DNA of 64,000 nucleotides from Bacteroidota bacterium (lineage in GTDB: Bacteria > Bacteroidota > Bacteroidia > Chitinophagales > Chitinophagaceae), in assembly GCA_023424015.1 (NCBI GenBank), contig JAFAEM010000011.1, positions 1,140 through 65,139 on the forward strand, given 5' to 3'. A program made the translations under genes and the position numbers. A model generated the notes under the pieces. That model did no database searches. It was not told where the DNA came from and worked only from the letters and a program-made list of their open reading frames with translations. How positions within the stretch are numbered: position 1 is the stretch's first letter; every line of letters starts with the position of its first letter. Below, one piece after another: positions 57,239 through 64,000 of the stretch.

Positions 57239-57644
57239 CTTATTTTATTCGCATGATGAATGGCCCTTATAAGAAGAAACTCTCGACGTCATTGACACAA
57301 ATACAATCGGCAAAAAACTGCATTCATCCGTGCAATCCGTGATAACCGTGGCTCAATTACTAGTGTTAAGTCAACCATATTTTAGCTGTGAGCTGTGAGC
57401 TATGAGCTATGAGGCTCAAGGCCTCAAATTTCGTGGTAAAACGATAGATCTCGAAGCTCGTAGCTCATCGCTCGTAGCTTTTTGAAGCAGCATTTTAACC
57501 TTGACACAATACTAGTTATGGGTCATCCTTATTTTATTCGTATAAGGAAAGGCTTAATTAGAAGAAGCTGTTCCCCCTTCGCTCAACACAAATACATTCC
57601 GCAAAAAACTGCATTCATCCGTGCAATCCGTGTAATCTGTGGCT
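57239..57644. repeat. Diverged ~115-bp direct repeat pair (57239-57353 and 57528-57644) bracketing element B copy 2
   Basis: Both copies start CTTATTTTATTCG. A 32-bp core GCAAAAAACTGCATTCATCCGTGCAATCCGTG is identical at 57310-57341 and 57601-57632. Confidence 0.85.
57364..57511 (+). mobile_element. MITE-like element family B, copy 2 (148 bp)
   Basis: CTAG-TGTTAAGTCAA ... TTGACACAATA-CTAG. Highly similar to 27193-27351. Confidence 0.8.
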
Positions 57645-59198
57645 TTACAAGGAAGCCTGCATCTTCCCCGCGTTCAATTTTCCTGCTAATGCCAGTCGCC
57701 TGTTAGGTGCCAGCTCAAGTGATCTTTCAAATTGCAACAAAGCTTCCGCGGGACGATTCACCGACAAAAGCCAGTCGCCATACAATTCGAAAGAAGGTAT
57801 GGCCACCTGCGGCGGGCCATAGGCGTAGCTTGTTTTGTTTTCGATATCTGTAGCAAGCTTAAAGTATTTTTCTGCTTCGTTATTATTATTTGACAGTAAG
57901 GCCAGCATAGCCCTCAGTTCCAGTTCCATGATCTCGGTTTTTTCAAGATCTCCCTGTGTTGCAATGCTGCGATTGATATTGCCGCAGACCCTGATGCCTT
58001 TATCGCTGATTTTTTGCTGCTCCACCAGCCGTTCTCCCGCCATTTTGGTAATGATGCGGTTCAATTCCGTGGCGTCTTTCATATGATAAGCACGCATGCC
58101 AGAGATAAAATAATCCTTGGCGCGTGTCATAATGTTCAGGTCATTGTTTTGAAAACTTATGGCGGCCATTGGCGACAGGTAATCTCTTGTTTCGGCCAGG
58201 TAGGTCGAACGCAGCAGGATCATATGCGCCCTGGCCAAAGGACTGGGAAGTTCTGTGCAGTATTGCTGCATACTGTCTACCATGCCCCGCGCTTTTTCAC
58301 GGTTACCATTTTGAAGTTCGCCATATTGCAGCCAATGCCAGGAGTGATATCCGAGTGCGTTATTATTTAATTGCTTTCTTGCTTTTCTTTCTCTTTCCGC
58401 ATTCCAGGAAACGATATTGCTGCTGACAACTTTATCCCACATTCCCAAAGCCAGGTAAATATGTGTGGGCATATGCAGGGCGTGACCGGCATCAGGTGCC
58501 ACTACGGCGTATTTGTCTGCTGCAGCCAGGGCACGTGCCGCATGGTCGGGATCATCAAAAGCATGGATCAGGTAATGCAGCGCGCCGGGATGTTTTGGAT
58601 TTCTATCCAGCACTTCTTTGGCGATTTCGGCGGCCTGCTCCAGCACGGGCGTTTGTCGGCCGGTAAGCCCCCACCCGATTAGTGACAGGCTATAAAAAGA
58701 AGCTATTTCATTATTACCTGGATATTTGTTGTACAATGTTTTCATGTACGCGGCATAACTACTGTCTCTTTCGGATTTGTTTCCCTTGCCATACAGGATG
58801 TTGACGCCTATGATAAGATCTTTCTCCAGCCCTGTTTTGGCAAGCGAACTCCTATCTGCTGGCTCCTGAGCCAGAGCCTTCAGGATCCGATTACCCTCGT
58901 CATAATCCTGTTCTCTCCAGAGTGTATGGTTATTGGTCATTGCTTCACCCCAGTAAGCCATCACGAAACCGGGATCAATTTTTCTTGCATGCTGGAATTC
59001 TTCAGCCGCGTCTTCATATTCAAAACTATGGAGATAGAGCAAGCCCTTTTTAAAGTAAGGCTGCGCTTCGGCCTTACCGGTTGCGGTAAAACTGATCTCA
59101 CCTAAGTGTGTTTTTGAAGATCTATTGTTGGTGGAACAACTCAAGAGTAGAAACAGGATAGCGGTTATACTTACTGTAGTGAGGCGGACAGGTTGCAT
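57645..59198 (-). CDS. TPR-containing putative lipoprotein
   Basis: Lipobox-like LLSC. GLLYLHSFEY, AYWGEAM, HPGALHYLIH and HALHMPTHIY motifs. Confidence 0.85.
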   Translation of the reverse strand: MQPVRLTTVSITAILFLLLSCSTNNRSSKTHLGEISFTATGKAEAQPYFKKGLLYLHSFEYEDAAEEFQHARKIDPGFVMAYWGEAMTNNHTLWREQDYDEGNRILKALAQEPADRSSLAKTGLEKDLIIGVNILYGKGNKSERDSSYAAYMKTLYNKYPGNNEIASFYSLSLIGWGLTGRQTPVLEQAAEIAKEVLDRNPKHPGALHYLIHAFDDPDHAARALAAADKYAVVAPDAGHALHMPTHIYLALGMWDKVVSSNIVSWNAERERKARKQLNNNALGYHSWHWLQYGELQNGNREKARGMVDSMQQYCTELPSPLARAHMILLRSTYLAETRDYLSPMAAISFQNNDLNIMTRAKDYFISGMRAYHMKDATELNRIITKMAGERLVEQQKISDKGIRVCGNINRSIATQGDLEKTEIMELELRAMLALLSNNNNEAEKYFKLATDIENKTSYAYGPPQVAIPSFELYGDWLLSVNRPAEALLQFERSLELAPNRRLALAGKLNAGKMQASL

Positions 59199-59270
59199 AA
59201 CTCAAGGTTTTAAGTCATTCAAGTTACGATATTTTGCACAAAGAGGTAAACTGCCGACGAGGATTGAGTG

Positions 59271-60569
59271 TTAGGCTTTAATTGGCGGCGAGCTTGTTTT
59301 ATTAAAAGCAAAGAACTTCTGCAAAAGATAGATCCCTACTCCAATCAGCATACACAAAAGTACATCCCAGGCTTCGCTGAGTTTGAGAGCCGATAATAAC
59401 CAGATGGCCAGGGCAATGCCGATACCCGCAAACCAGTATCCAAAGCGGAGCCTGAAATAATTCTCAGAGCCATTATCCCTTAATCTTAGACGGATCATCG
59501 ACAGGCATACCATCAAATACACCAATACGCGAATAATAGAACCAATGGTGAGCGCAGCGAAAAATGACCAGACCAGTGAGACAATTGTTGTTACACCGAT
59601 AAACAAAAGCAGGGACCATGTCGGTGTAAGGTGCACGGGATTGACATAGGAAAACAATTTCGGGAACTGTTTTTCGTTGCTCAGGGCAAAAGGAAGGCGC
59701 GAGCCACCAAGTACAATGGCATTCAAGGTACCGGAGATCGATACCAGGGCGCCGATGGCGATGATGATACCACCCGTATTTCCCATAAAACCCGTTGCTG
59801 CTTCAGCCAATGGTTTTTCGGAACTGGCCAGTGAGGGAAGTGTGCCGATAGAAACCAATTGAATTAAACAATAGAAGATCGTGACAATTATGGCGGCGGT
59901 GATCAATGCAAAAGGAAGGTTTTTGCGAGGCTCCCTTATTTCACCTGAATTGATAAGTACAGATTCGAATCCACCGAATGCAAAAACCAAAAGCAATACC
60001 GAAGTGGAAAAAGATGAAAAAGAAGGAAGACCAGTGGAAATAAGCAGTTCTGGCTGGAGATTGAAAAGACCAATAATAATGAATGCGCTTAAGGGGAGCA
60101 ATTTTGCAATGGTCAGTATATTATTTACCCGTGTTGAATTTTTTACGCCTATATGATTGATATACGCAATAATCGATGTGAGAAAAAGTATGCAAAGTGC
60201 TCTTGGGATCTTATCGTTAAATAGCGGGTTAAAAAAAGACAGGTAGATCACCAGCAGGTTGATCAACGTGGCGTAATTAAAAATACGGCTTAGCAACAGC
60301 AGCCAGCCGGTCATAAAGGCAGGGAATTTTCCCAGTCCTTTTAAGGCATAGAGGTATGGGCCACCTGTTTCATCAAAACGCGAACTCACTTCCGCGAAAC
60401 AAAGAATGAAAATAAGCACGACTATCGCACATACCGCAAAGGCCAGCAGGCTATATACGCCTGATAATCCAAAGATCTTTGAGGGCAGGCCAAATATCCC
60501 GGCACCAATAATGCTGTTGATCACCAGTAAGACGAGATCCCATTTAGTTATACTTCGGTTGAGCATCAT
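59271..60569 (-). CDS. APC-family amino acid permease
   Basis: NSIIGAGIF, GGPYLY, FAFGGFE and GEIREPRKNLP motifs. About 12 hydrophobic segments. Confidence 0.92.
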   Translation of the reverse strand: MMLNRSITKWDLVLLVINSIIGAGIFGLPSKIFGLSGVYSLLAFAVCAIVVLIFILCFAEVSSRFDETGGPYLYALKGLGKFPAFMTGWLLLLSRIFNYATLINLLVIYLSFFNPLFNDKIPRALCILFLTSIIAYINHIGVKNSTRVNNILTIAKLLPLSAFIIIGLFNLQPELLISTGLPSFSSFSTSVLLLVFAFGGFESVLINSGEIREPRKNLPFALITAAIIVTIFYCLIQLVSIGTLPSLASSEKPLAEAATGFMGNTGGIIIAIGALVSISGTLNAIVLGGSRLPFALSNEKQFPKLFSYVNPVHLTPTWSLLLFIGVTTIVSLVWSFFAALTIGSIIRVLVYLMVCLSMIRLRLRDNGSENYFRLRFGYWFAGIGIALAIWLLSALKLSEAWDVLLCMLIGVGIYLLQKFFAFNKTSSPPIKA

Positions 60570-60655
60570 TGATTAGTATTATTCTCCCGCTTCCAATCCT
60601 TTCTGATTGTATAAATTAGTGAAGTTAAAGGTGTGAATTGTTGAATACTGGCCCC

Positions 60656-61201
60656 TCAGTCTTCCCTGCTTCCTTTTTCGCCTACAAACCAATGTTCTTT
60701 GTTTTTGAACAGCACGTTAAAGGTGGTCAGTGAGCCATAGCATCGTGTAATGTATTGCTGAAGATTTACTTTGTCTTCATCGGCGAGTTTTTTGTTGCTA
60801 TTGATATTTTGCTCAAGCACACGCAGCCTGTCGCGTAGCATCACAATTTTATGAAAAAAATCTTCTATGGGGATCTCTTTTGGCTTCAGGCTTTTATCGG
60901 CGGGCTGCAACAGTAATGTGCCCTTGATCCATCTATCCCCCAGCGGTACATTTTCAGTAAGTCCACCCCAGAGGCGAAGTATCCTGAGCAGGGAGCGTTC
61001 CAGGTTTGAATTGGTTTCTATTTCTTCTGTTACATTTTCAGGTATGATCTCTTCAAGTTTGTGATCGGTTTTCTCGATCTCCTTGATCCCATGGTTGATA
61101 AACGAAATAAAGTAAGTGGCATATCGAATTCCGACGATCACGCCGGGGCCGAACTGGGTGTGTTGAAGCCTTGTGCCAATACCGAGTGTGGTTGGTTCCA
61201 T
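60656..61201 (-). CDS. Hypothetical protein
   Basis: 181-aa ORF with ATG start. C-terminal FFHKIVMLRDRLRVLEQ...QYITRCYGSLTTFNVLF looks conserved. Confidence 0.8.
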   Translation of the reverse strand: MEPTTLGIGTRLQHTQFGPGVIVGIRYATYFISFINHGIKEIEKTDHKLEEIIPENVTEEIETNSNLERSLLRILRLWGGLTENVPLGDRWIKGTLLLQPADKSLKPKEIPIEDFFHKIVMLRDRLRVLEQNINSNKKLADEDKVNLQQYITRCYGSLTTFNVLFKNKEHWFVGEKGSRED

Positions 61202-61397
61202 ATTATAAATTTTCGCAGGCTAAATGTAGAAAAACTTGCTCAGTAAATAACCCTCCGGGACTCATTTGCATTTGTCCGGTTGGGCGCCTGTAATAAAGAT
61301 GTCAAACTAATCTAAAAGAAATGAAATGTCGCCAGTGCGGCATGATATTTATACCGATTAGAGGTGTTCACGATTTCTAAACTTTAAAATATCAGTT

Positions 61398-61586
61398 ATG
61401 CAAAGAAAAGGATTGGGTCTGCTTTTAGCAGCCGCAGCAGCTTACGGTGCTTATCGTTATTCAAGGATGAAACCTGAACAAAGAAATGAACTCAGGCAAA
61501 GAGGTAAAGATTTTGTTGACAAAAATCTGGGTGAGATGAAAAATATGTTCGGGAAAAAGACATCAGTTGCCAATGGCAAAGGATAG
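61398..61586 (+). CDS. Small membrane-anchored protein (YtxH-like)
   Basis: 62 aa with an N-terminal hydrophobic helix and a charged amphipathic tail. AT-rich leader and a strong downstream terminator. Confidence 0.7.
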   Translation: MQRKGLGLLLAAAAAYGAYRYSRMKPEQRNELRQRGKDFVDKNLGEMKNMFGKKTSVANGKG

Positions 61587-61602
61587 TTATTTCGTCCCGG
61601 TT

Positions 61603-61640
61603 GAAAAGGGGCGATCGTCAGATCGCCCCTTTTCTATTTT
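61603..61640 (+). terminator. Intrinsic terminator, potentially bidirectional
   Basis: 14-bp stem GAAAAGGGGCGATC/GATCGCCCCTTTTC with a 4-nt loop. Confidence 0.8.
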
Positions 61641-61680
61641 ACTTATTACTGAAAGAATATAAGAAATAGACCATTCATTA

Positions 61681-61727
61681 AGACTACTAACTACTAACTA
61701 CTGACTACTGACTCCCGACTATAGACT
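61681..61727. repeat. 7-bp periodic (G/A)ACTACT / GACTCCC repeat tract
   Basis: AGACTACTAACTACTAACTACTGACTACTGACTCCCGACTATAGACT. Confidence 0.8.
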
Positions 61728-62498
61728 CTACTCAAGCTCTTCTTCTCTCCAAAGCAACTCCGGCGGAAGGCCTTTCTGGAACCGCTCGAATGAATCTTTG
61801 ATATATTTCTGGAAGTCATAGTCATTGCTGATCACCACGAAAAAATAAGGAGGACGGTAAACCATCATAAAGCTATCGAGCTCATTTCCGGTGAGTGAGG
61901 TAAGCCGGCGTACGAGTGCTTTATTGAAACGGTGATCGACATATTTTTCCTGTTCCTGAACCACCAGTCTTTCCTGGAAGGAACGCATGTTACGGTTTCT
62001 CCGGAATCGAAACGCATTGATGATCTCATTTATATCAAAACCGGCGCCTGCGCCATATTGAGGTGTTACGACACTAAGCCCGGGTTTTTTATAGTTAAAG
62101 ATCTTTTCATAGTCGGCCCGGTTCTGCAGGGAATCCTGCCGGTAATTTCGCGGCCTCACTTTCACCTCACCCATCACCGGCACATTCACCTGCAGTGAAA
62201 TATCGAAACTTAAAGGTGTGGCGATCTTAAGTACAGGAAACTTCACCGTAGGTTTATTAAGGTAGCTGAACCAGATCGAATCTTTTTCGGCCACCTCAAT
62301 TTCATACTCACCATATATATTGGTCATCGTACCCTTACCTGAGGATGACAAAACACTCACAAATCCCACGGGGTATGTTCGGGTACTGTCATATACTGTT
62401 CCACGGATCTTATATTGGGCGCTGGCGGTACCGGGTTTGAGAAGGAAAAAAAGAGAGCCAATCAGTAATATTTGTAGAAATCTGCGTCCCAAAAGCAT
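61728..62498 (-). CDS. Secreted hypothetical protein with carboxypeptidase-regulatory-like N-terminal domain
   Basis: Signal peptide, IRGTVYDS...GTMTNIYGEYEI motif and C-terminal LDSFMMVYRPPY. Confidence 0.8.
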   Translation of the reverse strand: MLLGRRFLQILLIGSLFFLLKPGTASAQYKIRGTVYDSTRTYPVGFVSVLSSSGKGTMTNIYGEYEIEVAEKDSIWFSYLNKPTVKFPVLKIATPLSFDISLQVNVPVMGEVKVRPRNYRQDSLQNRADYEKIFNYKKPGLSVVTPQYGAGAGFDINEIINAFRFRRNRNMRSFQERLVVQEQEKYVDHRFNKALVRRLTSLTGNELDSFMMVYRPPYFFVVISNDYDFQKYIKDSFERFQKGLPPELLWREEELE

Positions 62499-62547
62499 TT
62501 ATTAATCCGGCAAGTAACGAAACAAAGTGCAAAATCAATGGTAAAAT

Positions 62548-62617
62548 AGTCTATAGTCGGGAGGTGTACTATTGCTCCGGGCTTGACTACAGACTATAGA
62601 CTACTGACTCCCGACTA
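62548..62617. repeat. 7-bp periodic repeat, inverted pair
   Basis: AGTCTATAGTCGGGAG (62548-62563) faces GACTACAGACTATAGACTACTGACTCCCGACTA (62585-62617). Confidence 0.8.
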
Positions 62618-63889
62618 CTTAAGCGCCTGGTAGACTAGTACTTTAAACTTATCATGTATTTCACCCTGACTTTGGGGAAATTCGTTTAGGAAAAGCTGGG
62701 CCACAATTTTTTCCTGGGGATCTATCCAATAGGTTGAACTAAACATGCCACCCCATGAAAAGGATCCTGGTGATACGGGTGAATTGGCAATGCTTTTTTC
62801 TGTTGCAATACTAAAGCCCAGGCCCATTTTGGCATCGGGCCAGTTGATCTTGTCATATTGGCTTACGGTCATCATTTTAACAGTAGCTCGACCCAGTAAT
62901 CTTTTTCCATTGTATTCACCACCATTGAGTAGCATCTGCATAAAGATGGCATAGTCAAGCGCTGTAGATGACAGACCGCCACCGCCGGAATAATAGGTTC
63001 CTTCTGTGGCGGGATAGTTACTGTCAAAATCACCATTGATGTCCACATGATCCGCAGCTTTGATCACTTTTTTCGCAGAATCCTCGGTATACAAGGTGGC
63101 GAGACGACTATATTTTTCTTTAGGCAGGTAGAAATAAGTGTCCTTCATACCCAGCGGTTCAAATATTCTTTTGCGAAAAAATTCATCAAGACTCATCCCG
63201 CTTACCACTTCCACCAGGTAACCGAGCAGATCAGTATTGAGGCCGTATGTCCATTTTTCACCGGGCTGGTGAAACAGCGGCAGCGAACCCAGCTTTTTCA
63301 TTTTGTCGCCCAGCAATATTTTACCGACGCCAATACCTCCCACGATACCGTTTTTAGCATAGATCGCTGTTGCTTCCTTACTACCGATTTGGGCATAACC
63401 AATCCCGGAAGTATGTGTAAGCAGGTCGTGAATCGTTACTTCCCTTTTTGCCGGTACAGTTGTATAAGTAGAATCGGCTTCATTGAATTTATCGAGTACC
63501 TGCGGCTTGCTGAATTCAGGTATGTACCGCGAGATCGGGTCCTTTAGCAAAAACTTTCCCTCTTCATACAACATCATCACCGCTACACTCGTGATGGCTT
63601 TTGTTTGCGAGGCGATCCGGAATATGGCATCCCTTTTCAAGGGCGTTTTTTTATCAATATCATCATAACCCACGGCCTTGTAATAAACGATCTTACCATC
63701 ACGGGCTATGATGGCGCTTCCACCAGCGATCCATTTTTTATCTACATATTCCTGGATCAGTTGATCTATACGTTTCAGACGTTCGGTCGACATGCCCGCC
63801 GATTCAGGACTTGCTTCTTTTAAAACCTGTGTAAAACCTGTTTGGGAAAATAAGATAAACGAAAAGAGAAAGAGGAGGTATGATCTCAT
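62615..63889 (-). CDS. Serine hydrolase (beta-lactamase-like family)
   Basis: ASQTK, LLTHTSG, WTYG, SGGGGL and WGG motifs. Signal peptide from ATG 63889 (MRSYLLF). Confidence 0.9.
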   Translation of the reverse strand: MRSYLLFLFSFILFSQTGFTQVLKEASPESAGMSTERLKRIDQLIQEYVDKKWIAGGSAIIARDGKIVYYKAVGYDDIDKKTPLKRDAIFRIASQTKAITSVAVMMLYEEGKFLLKDPISRYIPEFSKPQVLDKFNEADSTYTTVPAKREVTIHDLLTHTSGIGYAQIGSKEATAIYAKNGIVGGIGVGKILLGDKMKKLGSLPLFHQPGEKWTYGLNTDLLGYLVEVVSGMSLDEFFRKRIFEPLGMKDTYFYLPKEKYSRLATLYTEDSAKKVIKAADHVDINGDFDSNYPATEGTYYSGGGGLSSTALDYAIFMQMLLNGGEYNGKRLLGRATVKMMTVSQYDKINWPDAKMGLGFSIATEKSIANSPVSPGSFSWGGMFSSTYWIDPQEKIVAQLFLNEFPQSQGEIHDKFKVLVYQALK

Positions 63890-63953
63890 GGCTGTTGTTT
63901 TGCAAAAGGAAATTACTAAACTCAAAGGAAAAAGGGATTGATAATTTGGAATC

Positions 63954-64000
63954 ATAATTGTCCGGGGAACTCTGGAGTACAATAAACCACGGCGGGCACG
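63954..64000 (+). mobile_element. Element family A, copy 4 (left end, cut by window edge)
   Basis: ATAATTGTCCGGGGAACTCTGGAGTACAATAAACCACGGCGGGCACG differs from 1876-1922 at only 3 positions. Confidence 0.8.

Noticed and set aside
63890..63982. 31-aa N-terminal extension of the last serine hydrolase
   Set aside because: It begins inside element A copy 4. The signal peptide starts at ATG 63889.

Overview
A 64-kb window of a Bacteroidota chromosome, most likely Chitinophagaceae (inferred from gene content and TAnnTTTG -7 promoter boxes). Most genes are housekeeping or envelope genes: rho, asnS, gcvT, comB-like phosphatase, SWIM-SNF2 helicase, nagA, mqnC, an M16 peptidase pair, a fused branched-chain 2-oxoacid dehydrogenase E1, two outer-membrane barrels, three serine hydrolases and a D-aminoacylase. 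No rRNA, tRNA, CRISPR array or prophage was recognised. Five things stand out. (1) A three-gene signalling module: a 2522-aa beta-propeller/Y_Y_Y + seven tandem GAF + hybrid histidine kinase, a stand-alone receiver, and a GAF-class III nucleotidyl cyclase with a non-canonical specificity residue. (2) A candidate regulon in which the same TTAAC-N5-TTAAC-N16-TTAAC-N22-(-7 box) architecture precedes both a GLPGLI gene and an outer-membrane barrel gene, next to an OmpR-type two-component system. (3) The 3' end of a Y1 (IS200/RAYT-like) transposase with REP-like repeats. (4) At least two families of short non-coding TIR-bounded elements carrying 7- or 9-bp periodic inverted repeats. (5) A PadR-type operator and a decayed T9SS cargo gene remnant. 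All functional calls come from motif recognition by eye; no database searches were run.
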